DNA of 64,000 bases from the NCBI GenBank assembly GCA_964057225.1, contig OZ059898.1, forward strand, positions 20,212,001 to 20,276,000, written 5' to 3'. The position numbers were made by a program, and so were the translations under genes. Source of the stretch: Auanema rhodensis. Taxonomy: Eukaryota > Animalia > Nematoda. Below are positions 25,301-41,200 of this stretch, in pieces. Positions within the stretch are counted from its first letter, which is position 1. Every line of letters begins with the position of its first letter. Under the pieces are notes generated by a model. It was given only the letters and a program-made list of their open reading frames with translations. It searched no databases and had not been told where the DNA came from.

Positions 25301-28300
25301 ATAAAGAGATGCGGTTTTCAAAATTAGATTCCCCATGTCCATATTAGTCTAAAAACAAATTTTTATTGATATTGGTGCATGGCAACCATGACTTTCAAAT
25401 TTACGTGAACTTCAGTTTATGCTAATTAAGTGTACACGTGATGTGCACTTGGTATGTAACTCGCTTCACGTGAAAGATAAAGAGATGCGGTTTTCAAAAT
25501 TAGATTCCCCATGTCCATATTAGTCTAAAAACAAATTTTTATTGATATTGGTGCATGGCAACCATGACTTTCAAATTTACGTGAACTTTAATTTATGCTA
25601 ATTAAGTGTACACGTGATGTGCACTTGGTATGTAACTCGCTTCACGTGAAAGATAAAGAGATGCGGTTTTCAAAATTAGATTCCCCATGTCCATATTAGT
25701 CTAAAAACAAATTTTTATTGATATTGGTGCATGGCAACCATGACTTTCAAATTTACGTGAACTTCAATTTATGCTAATTAAGTGTACACGTGATGTGCAC
25801 TTGGTATGCAACTCGCTTCACGTCAAAGATAAAGAGATGCGGTTTTCAAAATTAGATTTCGCATGTCCATATTAGTCTAAAAACGAATTTTTATTGATAT
25901 TGATGCATGGTAACCATGACTTTGAAATTTACGTGAACTTTAATTTATGCTTATTAAGTGTACACGTGATGTGCATTTGGTATGTAACTCGCTTCAAGTG
26001 AAAGATAAAGAGATGCGGTTTTCAAAATTAGATTCCCCATGTCCATATTAGTCTAAAAACAAATTTTTATTGATATTGGTGCATGGTAACTATGACTTTG
26101 AAATTTACGTAAACTTTAATTTATGCTAATTAAGTGTACACATGATGTGCACTTGGTATGTAACTCGCTTCACGTCAAAGATAAAGAGATGCGGTTTTCA
26201 AAATTAGATTTCGCATGTCCATATTAGTCTAAAAACAAATTTTTATTGATATTGGTGCATGGTAACCATGACTTTGAAATTTACGTGAACTTTAATTTAT
26301 GCTAATTAAGTGTACACGTGATGTGCACTTGGTATGTAACTCGCTTCACGTGAAAGATAAAGAGATGCGGTTTTCAAAATTAGATTCCCCATGTCCATAT
26401 TAGTCTAAAAACAAATTTTTGTTGATATTGGTGGATGGTAATCATGACTTTGAAATTTACGTGAACTTTAATTTATGCTAATTAAGTGTACACGTGATGT
26501 GCACTTGGTATGTAACTCGCTTCACGTGAAAGATAAAGAGATGCGGTTTTCAAAATTAGATTCCCCATGTCCATATTAGTCTAAAAACAAATTTTTATTG
26601 ATATTGGTGCATGGCAACCATGACTTTCAAATTTACGTGAACTTCAGTTTATGCTAATTAAGTGTACACGTGATGTGCACTTGGTATGTAACTCGCTTCA
26701 CGTGAAAGATAAAGAGATGCGGTTTTCAAAATTAGATTCCCCATGTCCATATTAGTCTAAAAACAAATTTTTATTGATATTGGTGCATGGCAACCATGAC
26801 TTTCAAATTTACGTGAACTTTAATTTATGCTAATTAAGTGTACACGTGATGTGCACTTGGTATGTAACTCGCTTCACGTGAAAGATAAAGAGATGCGGTT
26901 TTCAAAATTAGATTCCCCATGTCCATATTAGTCTAAAAACAAATTTTTATTGATATTGGTGCATGGCAACCATGACTTTCAAATTTACGTGAACTTCAGT
27001 TTATGCTAATTAAGTGTACACGTGATGTGCACTTGGTATGTAACTCGCTTCGCGTCAAAGATAAAGAGATGCGGTTTTCAAAATTAGATTCCCCATGTCC
27101 ATATTAGTCTAAAAACAAATTTTTGTTGATAGTGGTGGATGGTAATCATGACTTTGAAATTTACGTGAACTTTAATTTATGCTAATTAAGTGTACACGTG
27201 ATGTGCACTTGGTATGTAACTCGCTTCACGTCAAAGATAAAGAGATGCGGTTTTCAAAATTAGATTTCGCATGTCCATATTAGTCTAAAAACAAATTTTT
27301 ATTGATATTGGTGCATGGTAACCATGACTTTGAAATTTACGTGAACTTTAATTTATGCTAATTAAGTGTACACGTGATGTGCACTTGGTATGTAACTCGC
27401 TTCAAGTGAAAGATAAAGAGATGCGGTTTTCAAAATTAGATTCCCCATGTCCATATTAGTCTAAAAACAAATTTTTATTGATATTGGTGCATGGTAACTA
27501 TGACTTTGAAATTTACGTGAACTTTAATTTATGCTAATTAAGTGTACACATGATGTGCACTTGGTATGTAACTCGCTTCACGTCAAAGATAAAGAGATGC
27601 GGTTTTCAAAATTAGATTTCGCATGTCCATATTAGTCTAAAAACAAATTTTTATTGATATTGGTGCATGGTAACCATGACTTTGAAATTTACGTGAACTT
27701 TAATTTATGCTAATTAAGTGTACACGTGATGTGCACTTGGTATGTAACTCGCTTCACGTGAAAGATAAAGAGATGCGGTTTTCAAAATTAGATTCCCCAT
27801 GTCCATATTAGTCTAAAAACAAATTTTTATTGATATTGGTGCATGGCAACCATGACTTTCAAATTTACGTGAACTTCAATTTATGCTAATTAAGTGTACA
27901 CGTGATGTGCACTTGGTATGCAACTCGCTTCACGTCAAAGATAAAGAGATGCGGTTTTCAAAATTAGATTTCGCATGTCCATATTAGTCTAAAAACGAAT
28001 TTTTATTGATATTGATGCATGGTAACCATGACTTTGAAATTTACGTGAACTTTAATTTATGCTTATTAAGTGTACACGTGATGTGCATTTGGTATGTAAC
28101 TCGCTTCAAGTGAAAGATAAAGAGATGCGGTTTTCAAAATTAGATTCCCCATGTCCATATTAGTCTAAAAACAAATTTTTATTGATATTGGTGCATGGTA
28201 ACTATGACTTTGAAATTTACGTAAACTTTAATTTATGCTAATTAAGTGTACACATGATGTGCACTTGGTATGTAACTCGCTTCACGTCAAAGATAAAGAG

Positions 28301-29900
28301 ATGCGGTTTTCAAAATTAGATTTCGCATGTCCATATTAGTCTAAAAACAAATTTTTATTGATATTGGTGCATGGTAACCATGACTTTGAAATTTACGTGA
28401 ACTTTAATTTATGCTAATTAAGTGTACACGTGATGTGCACTTGGTATGTAACTCGCTTCACGTGAAAGATAAAGAGATGCGGTTTTCAAAATTAGATTCC
28501 CCATGTCCATATTAGTCTAAAAACAAATTTTTGTTGATATTGGTGGATGGTAATCATGACTTTGAAATTTACGTGAACTTTAATTTATGCTAATTAAGTG
28601 TACACGTGATGTGCACTTGGTATGTAACTCGCTTCACGTGAAAGATAAAGAGATGCGGTTTTCAAAATTAGATTCCCCATGTCCATATTAGTCTAAAAAC
28701 AAATTTTTATTGATATTGGTGCATGGCAACCATGACTTTCAAATTTACGTGAACTTCAGTTTATGCTAATTAAGTGTACACGTGATGTGCACTTGGTATG
28801 TAACTCGCTTCACGTGAAAGATAAAGAGATGCGGTTTTCAAAATTAGATTCCCCATGTCCATATTAGTCTAAAAACAAATTTTTATTGATATTGGTGCAT
28901 GGCAACCATGACTTTCAAATTTACGTGAACTTTAATTTATGCTAATTAAGTGTACACGTGATGTGCACTTGGTATGTAACTCGCTTCACGTGAAAGATAA
29001 AGAGATGCGGTTTTCAAAATTAGATTCCCCATGTCCATATTAGTCTAAAAACAAATTTTTATTGATATTGGTGCATGGCAACCATGACTTTCAAATTTAC
29101 GTGAACTTCAGTTTATGCTAATTAAGTGTACACGTGATGTGCACTTGGTATGTAACTCGCTTCGCGTCAAAGATAAAGAGATGCGGTTTTCAAAATTAGA
29201 TTCCCCATGTCCATATTAGTCTAAAAACAAATTTTTGTTGATATTGGTGGATGGTAATCATGACTTTGAAATTTACGTGAACTTTAATTTATGCTAATTA
29301 AGTGTACACGTGATGTGCACTTGGTATGTAACTCGCTTCACGTCAAAGATAAAGAGATGCGGTTTTCAAAATTAGATTTCGCATGTCCATATTAGTCTAA
29401 AAACAAATTTTTATTGATATTGGTGCATGGTAACCATGACTTTGAAATTTACGTGAACTTTAATTTATGCTAATTAAGTGTACACGTGATGTGCACTTGG
29501 TATGTAACTCGCTTCAAGTGAAAGATAAAGAGATGCGGTTTTCAAAATTAGATTCCCCATGTCCATATTAGTCTAAAAACAAATTTTTATTGATATTGGT
29601 GCATGGTAACTATGACTTTGAAATTTACGTGAACTTTAATTTATGCTAATTAAGTGTACACATGATGTGCACTTGGTATGTAACTCGCTTCACGTCAAAG
29701 ATAAAGAGATGCGGTTTTCAAAATTAGATTTCGCATGTCCATATTAGTCTAAAAACAAATTTTTATTGATATTGGTGCATGGTAACCATGACTTTGAAAT
29801 TTACGTGAACTTTAATTTATGCTAATTAAGTGTACACGTGATGTGCACTTGGTATGTAACTCGCTTCACGTGAAAGATAAAGAGATGCGGTTTTCAAAAT
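22350..29900 (+). repeat. Local 12-mer (2112 bp) higher-order repeat with one truncated 7-mer copy
   Basis: TATGCAAC at 22461, 24573, 25805, 27917 (spacings of 12, 7 and 12 monomers). TTCGCGTCAA at 23705, 27049, 29161 (19 and 12 monomers). Confidence 0.85.
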
Positions 29901-32900
29901 TAGATTCCCCGTGTCCATATTAGTCTAAAAACAAATTTTTATCGATATTGGTGCATGGCAACCATGACTTTAAAATTTACGTGTACTTTAATTTATGCTA
30001 ATTAAGTGTACACATGATGTGCACTTGGTATGTAACTCGCTTCACGTCAAAGATAAAGAGATGCGGTTTTCACAATTAGATTTCGCATGTCCATATCAGT
30101 CTAAAAACAAATTTTTATTGATATTGGTGCATGGTAACCATGACTTTGAAATTTACGTGAACTTTAATTTATGCTAATTAAGTGTACACGTGATGTGCAC
30201 TTGGTATGTAACTCGCTTCACGTGAAAGATAAAGAGATGCGGTTTTCAAAATTTGATTCCCCATGTCCATATTAGTCTAAAAACAAATTTTTGTTGATAT
30301 TGGTGGATGGTAACCATGACTTTGAAATTTACGTGAACTTTAATTTATGCTAATTAAGTGTACACGTGATGTGCACTTGGTATGTAACTCGCTTCACGTG
30401 AAAGATAAAGAGATGCGGTTTTCAAAATTAGATTCCTCATGTCCATATTAGTCTAAAAACGAATTTTTATTGATATTGATGCATGGTAACCATGACTTTG
30501 AAATTTACGTGAACTTTAATTTATGCTTATTAAGTGTACACGTGATGTGCATTTGGTATGTAACTCGCTTCAAGTGAAAGATAAAGAGATGCGGTTTTCA
30601 AAATTAGATTCCCCATGTCCATATTAGTCTAAAAACAAATTTTTATTGATATTGGTGCATGGTAACTATGACTTTGAAATTTACGTAAACTTTAATTTAT
30701 GCTAATTAAGTGTACACATGATGTGCACTTGGTATGTAACTCGCTTCACGTCAAAGATAAAGAGATGCGGTTTTCAAAATTAGATTTCGCATGTCCATAT
30801 TAGTCTAAAAACAAATTTTTATTGATATTGGTGCATGGTAACCATGACTTTGAAATTTACGTGAACTTTAATTTATGCTAATTAAGTGTACACGTGATGT
30901 GCACTTGGTATGTAACTCGCTTCACGTGAAAGATAAAGAGATGCGGTTTTCAAAATTAGATTCCTCATGTCCATATTAGTCTAAAAACGAATTTTTATTG
31001 ATATTGATGCATGGTAACCATGACTTTGAAATTTACGTGAACTTTAATTTATGCTTATTAAGTGTACACGTGATGTGCATTTGGTATGTAACTCGCTTCA
31101 AGTGAAAGATAAAGAGATGCGGTTTTCAAAATTAGATTCCCCATGTCCATATTAGTCTAAAAACAAATTTTTATTGATATTGGTGCATGGCAACCATGAC
31201 TTTAAAATTTACGTGTACTTTAATTTATGCTAATTAAGTGTACACATGATGTGCTCTTGGTATGTAACTCGCTTCACGTCAAAGATAAAGAGATGCGGTT
31301 TTCAAAATTAGATTTCGCATGTCCATATTAGTCTAATAACAAATTTTTATTGATATTGATGCATGGTAACCATGACTTTGAAATTTACGTGAACTTTAAT
31401 TTATGCTTATTAAGTGTACACGTGATGTGCACTTGGTATGTAACTCGCTTCAAGTGAAAGATAAAGAGATGCGGTTTTCAAAATTAGATTCCCCATGTCC
31501 ATATTAGTCTAAAAACAAATTTTTATTGATATTGGTGCATGGTAACTATGACTTTGAAATTTACGTGAAATTTAATTTATGCTAATTAAGTGTACACATG
31601 ATGTGCACTTGGTATGTAACTCGCTTCACGTCAAAGATAAAGAGATGCGGTTTTCAAAATTAGATTTCGCATGTCCATATTAAACTAAAAACAAATTTTT
31701 ATTGATATTGGTGCATGGTAACCCTGACTTTGAAATTTACGTGAACTTTAATTTATGCTAAGTAAGTGTACACGTGATGTGCACTTGGTATGTAACTCGC
31801 TTCACGTGAAAGATGAAGAGATGCGGTATTCAAATTTAGGTTCCCCATGTCCATATTAGTCTAAAAACAAATTTTTGTTGATATTGATGCATGGTAACCA
31901 TGACTTTCAAATTTACGTGAACTTCAATTTATGCTAATTAAGTGTACACGTGATGTGCACTTGGTATGTAACTCGCTTCGCGTCAAAGATAAAGAGATGC
32001 GGTTTTCAAAATTAGATTCCCCATGTCCATATTAGTCTAAAAACAAATTATTGTTGATATTGGTGGATGGTAACCATGACTTTGAAATTTACGTGAACTT
32101 TAATTTATGCTAATTAAGTGTACACGTGATGTGCACTTGGTATGTAACTCGCTTCAAGTGAAAGATAAAGAGATGCGGTTTTCAAAATTAGATTCCCCAT
32201 GTCCATATTAGTCTAAAAACAAATTTTTATTGATATTGGTGCATGGTAACCATGACTTTGAAATTTACGTGAACTTTAATTTATGCTAAGTAAGTGTACA
32301 CATGATGTGCACTTGGTATGTAACTCGCTTCACGTCAAAGATAAAGAGATGCGGTTTTCAAAATTAGATTTCGCATGTCCATATTAGTCTAATAACAAAT
32401 TTTTATTGATATTGGTGCATGGTAACCATGACTTTGAAATTTACGTGAACTTTAATTTATGCTAATTAAGTGTACACATGATGTGCACTTGGTATGTAAC
32501 TCGCTTCACGTCAAAGATAAAGAGATGCGGTTTTCAAAATTAGATTTCGCATGTCCATATTAGTCTAATAACAAATTTTTATTGATATTGGTGCATGGTA
32601 ACCATGACTTTGAAATTTACGTGAACTTTAATTTATGCTAATTAAGTGTACACGTGATGTGCACTTGGTATGTAACTCGCTTCAAGTGAAAGATAAAGAG
32701 ATGCGGTTTTCAAAATTAGATTCCCCATGTCCATATTAGTCTAAAAACAAATTTTTATTGATATTGGTGCATGGTAACCATGACTTTGAAATTTACGTGA
32801 ACTTTAATTTATGCTTATTAAGTGTACACGTGATGTGCATTTGGTATGTAACTCGCTTCAAGTGAAAGATAAAGAGATGCGGTTTTCAAAATTAGATTCC

Positions 32901-35900
32901 CCATGTCCATATTAGTTTAAAAACAAATTTTTATTGATATTGGTGCATGGTAACTATGACTTTGAAATTTACGTAAACTTTAATTTATGCTAATTAAGTG
33001 TACACATGATGTGCACTTGGTATGTAACTCGCTTCACGTCAAAGATAAAGAGATGCGGTTTTCAAAATTAGATTTCGCATGTCCATATTAGTCTAAAAAC
33101 AAATTTTTATTGATATTGGTGCATGGTAACCATGACTTTGAAATTTACGTGAACTTTAATTTATGCTAATTAAGTGTACACGTGATGTGCACTTGGTATG
33201 TAACTCGCTTCACGTGAAAGATAAAGAGATGCGGTTTTCAAAATTAGATTCCCCATGTCCATATTAGTCTAAAAACAAATTTTTATTGATATTGGTGCAT
33301 GGTAACCATGACTTTGAAATTTACGTGAACTTTAATTTATGCTAATTAAGTGTACACGTGATGTGCACTTGGTATGTAACTCGCTTCACGTGAAAGATAA
33401 AGAGATGCGGTTTTCAAAATTAGATTCCCCATGTCCATATTAGTCTAAAAACGAATTTTTATTGATATTGGTGCATGGTAACCATGACTTTGAAATTTAC
33501 GTGAACTTTAATTTATGCTAATTAAGTGTACACATGATGTGCACTTGGTATGTAACTCGCTTCACGTCAAAGATAAAGAGATGCGGTTTTCAAAATTAGA
33601 TTTCGCATGTCCATATTAGTCTAATAACAAATTTTTATTGATATTGGTGCATGGTAACCATGACTTTGAAATTTACGTGAACTTTAATTTATGCTAATTA
33701 AGTGTACACGTGATGTGCACTTGGTATGTAACTCGCTTCACGTGAAAGATAAAGAGATGCGGTTTTCAAAATTAGATTCCACATGTCCATATTAGTCTAA
33801 AAACAAATTTTTATTGATATTGGTGCATGGCAACCATGACTTTCAAATTTACGTGAACTTCAATTTATGCTAATTAAGTGTACACGTGATGTGCACTTGG
33901 TATGCAACTCGCTTCACGTCAAAGATAAAGAGATGCGGTTTTCAAAATTAGATTTCGCATGTCCATATTAGTCTAAAAACAAATTTTTATTGATATTGGT
34001 GCATGGTAACCATGACTTTGAAATTTACGTGAACTTTAATTTATGCTAATTAAGTGTACACGTGATGTGCACTTGGTATGTAACTCGCTTCACGTGAAAG
34101 ATAAAGAGATGCGGTTTTCAAAATTAGATTCCCCATGTCCATATTAGTCTAAAAACAAATTTTTATTGATATTGGTGCATGGCAACCATGACTTTAAAAT
34201 TTACGTGTACTTTAATTTATGCTAATTAAGTGTACACATGATGTGCACTTGGTATGTAACTCGCTTCACGTCAAAGATAAAGAGATGCGGTTTTCAAAAT
34301 TAGATTTCGCATGTCCATATTAGTCTAAAAACAAATTTTTATTGATATTGGTGCATGGTAACCATGACTTTGAAATTTACGTGAACTTTAATTTATGCTA
34401 ATTAAGTGTACACGTGATGTGCACTTGGTATGTAACTCGCTTCACGTGAAAGATAAAGAGATGCGGTTTTCAAAATTAGATTCCCCATGTCCATATTAGT
34501 CTAAAAACAAATTTTTATTGATATTGGTGCATGGCAACCATGACTTTCAAATTTACGTGAACTTCAGTTTATGCTAATTAAGTGTACACGTGATGTGCAC
34601 TTGGTATGTAACTCGCTTCGCGTCAAAGATAAAGAGATGCGGTTTTCAAAATTAGATTCCCCATGTCCATATTAGTCTAAAAACAAATTTTTGTTGATAT
34701 TGGTGGATGGTAATCATGACTTTGAAATTTACGTGAACTTTAATTTATGCTAATTAAGTGTACACGTGATGTGCACTTGGTATGTAACTCGCTTCACGTC
34801 AAAGATAAAGAGATGCGGTTTTCAAAATTAGATTTCGCATGTCCATATTAGTCTAAAAACAATTTTTTATTGATATTGGTGCATGGTAACCATGACTTTG
34901 AAATTTACGTGAACTTTAATTTATGCTAATTAAGTGTACACGTGATGTGCACTTGGTATGTAACTCGCTTCAAGTGAAAGATAAAGAGATGCGGTTTTCA
35001 AAATTAGATTCCCCATGTCCATATTAGTCTAAAAACAAATTTTTATTGATATTGGTGCATGGTAACTATGACTTTGAAATTTACGTGAACTTTAATTTAT
35101 GCTAATTAAGTGTACACATGATGTGCACTTGGTATGTAACTCGCTTCACGTGAAAGATAAAGAGATGCGGTTTTCAAAATTAGATTCCCCGTGTCCATAT
35201 TAGTCTAAAAACAAATTTTTATCGATATTGGTGCATGGCAACCATGACTTTAAAATTTACGTGTACTTTAATTTATGCTAATTAAGTGTACACGTGATGT
35301 GCACTTGGTATGTAACTCGCTTCACGTGAAAGATAAAGAGATGCGGTTTTCAAAATTAGATTCCTCATGTCCATATTAGTCTAAAAACGAATTTTTATCG
35401 ATATTGATGCATGGTAACCATGACTTTGAAATTTACGTGAACTTTAATTTATGCTTATTAAGTGTACACGTGATGTGCATTTGGTATGTAACTCGCTTCA
35501 AGTGAAAGATAAAGAGATGCGGTTTTCAAAATTAGATTCCCCATGTCCATATTAGTCTAAAAACAAATTTTTATTGATATTGGTGCATGGTAACTATGAC
35601 TTTGAAATTTACGTAAACTTTAATTTATGCTAATTAAGTGTACACATGATGTGCACTTGGTATGTAACTCGCTTCACGTCAAAGATAAAGAGATGCGGTT
35701 TTCAAAATTAGATTTCGCATGTCCATATTAGTCTAAAAACAAATTTTTATTGATATTGGTGCATGGTAACCATGACTTTGAAATTTACGTAAACTTTAAT
35801 TTATGCTAATTAAGTGTACACATGATGTGCACTTGGTATGTAACTCGCTTCACGTCAAAGATAAAGAGATGCGGTTTTCAAAATTAGATTTCGCATGTCC

Positions 35901-38299
35901 ATATTAGTCTAAAAACAAATTTTTATTGATATTGGTGCATGGTAACCATGACTTTGAAATTTACGTGAACTTTAATTTATGCTAATTAAGTGTACACGTG
36001 ATGTGCACTTGGTATGTAACTCGCTTCACGTGAAAGATAAAGAGATGCGGTTTTCAAAATTAGATTCCCCATGTCCATATTAGTCTAAAAACAAATTTTT
36101 ATTGATATTGGTGCATGGCAACCATGACTTTCAAATTTACGTGAACTTCAATTTATGCTAATTAAGTGTACACGTGATGTGCACTTGGTATGCAACTCGC
36201 TTCACGTCAAAGATAAAGAGATGCGGTTTTCAAAATTAGATTTCGCATGTCCATATTAGTCTAAAAACAAATTTTTATTGATATTGGTGCATGGTAACCA
36301 TGACTTTGAAATTTACGTGAACTTTAATTTATGCTAATTAAGTGTACACGTGATGTGCACTTGGTATGTAACTCGCTTCACGTGAAAGATAAAGAGATGC
36401 GGTTTTCAAAATTAGATTCCCCATGTCCATATTAGTCTAAAAACAAATTTTTATTGATATTGGTGCATGGCAACCATGACTTTCAAATTTACGTGAACTT
36501 TAGTTTATGCTAATTAAGTGTACACGTGATGTGCACTTGGTATGTAACTCGCTTCGCGTCAAAGATAAAGAGATGCGGTTTTCAAAATTAGATTCCCCAT
36601 GTCCATATTAGTCTAAAAACAAATTTTTGTTGATATTGGTGGATGGTAATCATGACTTTGAAATTTACGTGAACTTTAATTTATGCTAATTAAGTGTACA
36701 CGTGATGTGCACTTGGTATGTAACTCGCTTCACGTCAAAGATAAAGAGATGCGGTTTTCAAAATTAGATTTCGCATGTCCATATTAGTCTAAAAACAAAT
36801 TTTTATTGATATTGGTGCATGGTAACCATGACTTTGAAATTTACGTGAACTTTAATTTATGCTAATTAAGTGTACACGTGATGTGCACTTGGTATGTAAC
36901 TCGCTTCAAGTGAAAGATAAAGAGATGCGGTTTTCAAAATTAGATTCCCCATGTCCATATTAGTCTAAAAACAAATTTTTATTGATATTGGTGCATGGTA
37001 ACTATGACTTTGAAATTTACGTGAACTTTAATTTATGCTAATTAAGTGTACACATGATGTGCACTTGGTATGTAACTCGCTTCACGTCAAAGATAAAGAG
37101 ATGCGGTTTTCAAAATTAGATTTCGCATGTCCATATTAGTCTAAAAACAAATTTTTATTGATATTGGTGCATGGTAACCATGACTTTGAAATTTACGTGA
37201 ACTTTAATTTATGCTAATTAAGTGTACACGTGATGTGCACTTGATATGTAACTCGCTTCACGTGAAAGATAAAGAGATGCGGTTTTCAAAATTAGATTCC
37301 CCGTGTCCATATTAGTCTAAAAACAAATTTTTATCGATATTGGTGCATGGCAACCATGACTTTAAAATTTACGTGTACTTTAATTTATGCTAATTAAGTG
37401 TACACATGATGTGCACTTGGTATGTAACTCGCTTCACGTCAAAGATAAAGAGATGCGGTTTTCACAATTAGATTTCGCATGTCCATATCAGTCTAAAAAC
37501 AAATTTTTATTGATATTGGTGCATGGTAACCATGACTTTGAAATTTACGTGAACTTTAATTTATGCTAATTAAGTGTACACGTGATGTGCACTTGGTATG
37601 TAACTCGCTTCACGTGAAAGATAAAGAGATGCGGTTTTCAAAATTTGATTCCCCATGTCCATATTAGTCTAAAAACAAATTTTTGTTGATATTGGTGGAT
37701 GGTAACCATGACTTTGAAATTTACGTGAACTTTAATTTATGCTAATTAAGTGTACACGTGATGTGCACTTGGTATGTAACTCGCTTCACGTGAAAGATAA
37801 AGAGATGCGGTTTTCAAAATTAGATTCCTCATGTCCATATTAGTCTAAAAACGAATTTTTATTGATATTGATGCATGGTAACCATGACTTTGAAATTTAC
37901 GTGAACTTTAATTTATGCTTATTAAGTGTACACGTGATGTGCATTTGGTATGTAACTCGCTTCAAGTGAAAGATAAAGAGATGCGGTTTTCAAAATTAGA
38001 TTCCCCATGTCGATATTAGTCTAAAAACAAATTTTTATTGATATTGGTGCATGGTAACCATGACTTTGAAATTTACGTGAACTTTAATTTATGCTAATTA
38101 AGTGTACACGTGATGTGCACTTGGTATGTAACTCGCTTCACGTGAAAGATAAAGAGATGCGGTTTTCAAAATTAGATTCCCCATGTCCATATTAGTCTAA
38201 AAACAAATTTTTATTGATATTGGTGCATGGCAACCATGACTTTCAAATTTACGTGAACTTTAGTTTATGCTAATTAAGTGTACACGTGATGTGCACTTG

Positions 38300-41200
38300 G
38301 TATGTAACTCGCTTCGCGTCAAAGATAAAGAGATGCGGTTTTCAAAATTAGATTCCCCATGTCCATATTAGTCTAAAAACAAATTTTTGTTGATATTGGT
38401 GGATGGTAATCATGACTTTGAAATTTACGTGAACTTTAATTTATGCTAATTAAGTGTACACGTGATGTGCACTTGGTATGTAACTCGCTTCACGTCAAAG
38501 ATAAAGAGATGCGGTTTTCAAAATTAGATTTCGCATGTCCATATTAGTCTAAAAACAAATTTTTGTTGATATTGGTGGATGGTAACCATGACTTTGAAAT
38601 TTACGTGAACTTTAATTTATGCTAATTAAGTGTACACGTGATGTGCACTTGGTATGTAACTCGCTTCACGTGAAAGATAAAGAGATGCGGTTTTCAAAAT
38701 TAGATTCCTCATGTCCATATTAGTCTAAAAACGAATTTTTATTGATATTGATGCATGGTAACCATGACTTTGAAATTTACGTGAACTTTAATTTATGCTT
38801 ATTCAGTGTACACGTGATGTGCATTTGGTATGTAACTCGCTTCAAGTGAAAGATAAAGAGATGCGGTTTTCAAAATTAGATTCCCCATGTCCATATTAGT
38901 CTAAAAACAAATTTTTATTGATATTGGTGCATGGTAACTATGACTTTGAAATTTACGTAAACTTTAATTTATGCTAATTAAGTGTACACATGATGTGCAC
39001 TTGGTATGTAACTCGCTTCACGTCAAAGATAAAGAGATGCGGTTTTCAAAATTAGATTTCGCATGTCCATATTAGTCTAAAAACAAATTTTTATTGATAT
39101 TGGTTCATGGTAACCATGACTTTGAAATTTACGTGAACTTTAATTTATGCTAATTAAGTGTACACGTGATGTGCACTTGGTATGTAACTCGCTTCACGTG
39201 AAAGATAAAGAGATGCGGTTTTCAAAATTAGATTCCCCATGTCCATATTAGTCTAAAAACAAATTTTTATTGATATTGGTGCATGGCAACCATGACTTTA
39301 AAATTTACGTGTACTTTAATTTATGCTAATTAAGTGTACACATGATGTGCTCTTGGTATGTAACTCGCTTCACGTCAAAGATAAAGAGATGCGGTTTTCA
39401 AAATTAGATTTCGCATGTCCATATTAGTCTAATAACAACTTTTTATTGATATTGGTGCATGGTAACCATGACTTTGAAATTTACGTGAACTTTAATTTAT
39501 GCTAATTAAGTGTACACGTGATGTGCACTTGGTATGTAACTCGCTTCACGTGAAAGATAAAGAGATGCGGTTTTCAAAATTAGATTCCCCATGTCCATAT
39601 TAGTCTAAAAACAAATTTTTATTGATATTGGTGCATGGCAACCATGACTTTCAAATTTACGTGAACTTCAATTTATGCTAATTAAGTGTACACGTGATGT
39701 GCACTTGGTATGTAACTCGCTTCGCGTCAAAGATAAAGAGATGCGGTTTTCAAAATTAGATTCCTCATGTCCATATTAGTCTAAAAACGAATTTTTATTG
39801 ATATTGGTGCATGGTAACCATGACTTTGAAATTTACGTGAACTTTAATTTATGCTAATTAAGTGTACACATGATGTGCACTTGGTATGTAACTCGCTTCA
39901 CGTCAAAGATAAAGAGATGCGGTTTTCAAAATTAGATTTCGCATGTCCATATTAGTCTAATAACAAATTTTTATTGATATTGGTGCATGGTAACCATGAC
40001 TTTGAAATTTACGTGAACTTTAATTTATGCTAATTAAGTGTACACGTGATGTGCACTTGGTATGTAACTCGCTTCACGTGAAAGATAAAGAGATGCGGTT
40101 TTCAAAATTAGATTCCCCATGTCCATATTAGTCTAAAAACAAATTTTTATTGATATTGGTGCATGGCAACCATGACTTTCAAATTTACGTGAACTTCAAT
40201 TTATGCTAATTAAGTGTACACGTGATGTGCACTTGGTATGTAACTCGCTTCGCGTCAAAGATAAAGAGATGCGGTTTTCAAAATTAGATTCCCCATGTCC
40301 ATATTAGTCTAAAAACAAATTTTTGTTGATATTGGTGGATGGTAACCATGACTTTGAAATTTACGTGAACTTTAATTTATGCTTATTAAGTGTACACGTG
40401 ATGTGCACTTGGTATGTAACTCGCTTCAAGTGAAAAATAAAGAGATGCGGTTTTCAAAATTAGATTCCTCATGTCCATATTAGTCTAAAAACGAATTTTT
40501 ATTGATATTGATGCATGGTAACCATGACTTTGAAATTTACGTGAACTTTAATTTATGCTTATTAAGTGTACACGTGATGTGCACTTGGTATGTAACTCGC
40601 TTCAAGTGAAAGATAAAGAGATGCGGTTTTCAAAATTAGATTCCCCATGTCCATATTAGTCTAGAAACAAAATTTTATTGATATTGGTTCATGGTAACCA
40701 TGACTTTGAAATTTACGTGAACTTTAATTTATGCTAATTAAATGTACACGTGATGTGCACTTGGTATGTAACTCGCTTCACGTGAAAGATAAAGAGATGC
40801 GGTTTTCAAAATTAGATTCCCCATGTCCATATTAGTCTAAAAACAAATTTTTATTGATATTGGTGCATGGTAACTATGACTTTGAAATTTACGTGAACTT
40901 TAATTTATGCTAATTAAGTGTACACATGATGTGCACTTGGTATGTAACTCGCTTCACGTCAAAGATAAAGAGATGCGGTTTTCAAAATTAGATTTCGCAT
41001 GTCCATATTAGTCTAAAAACAAATTTTTATTGATATTGGTGCATGGTAACCATGACTTTGAAATTTACGTGAACTTTAATTTATGCTAATTAAGTGTACA
41101 CGTGATGTGCACTTGGTATGTAACTCGCTTCACGTGAAAGATAAAAAGATGCGGTTTTCAAAATTAGATTCCCCATGTCCATATTAGTCTAAAAACAAAT

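Noticed and set aside
31681-31730. Monomer with private changes TAAACT and ACCCTG
   Set aside because: A single copy with three substitutions. It could be chance or a consensus error, and no further structure was seen.
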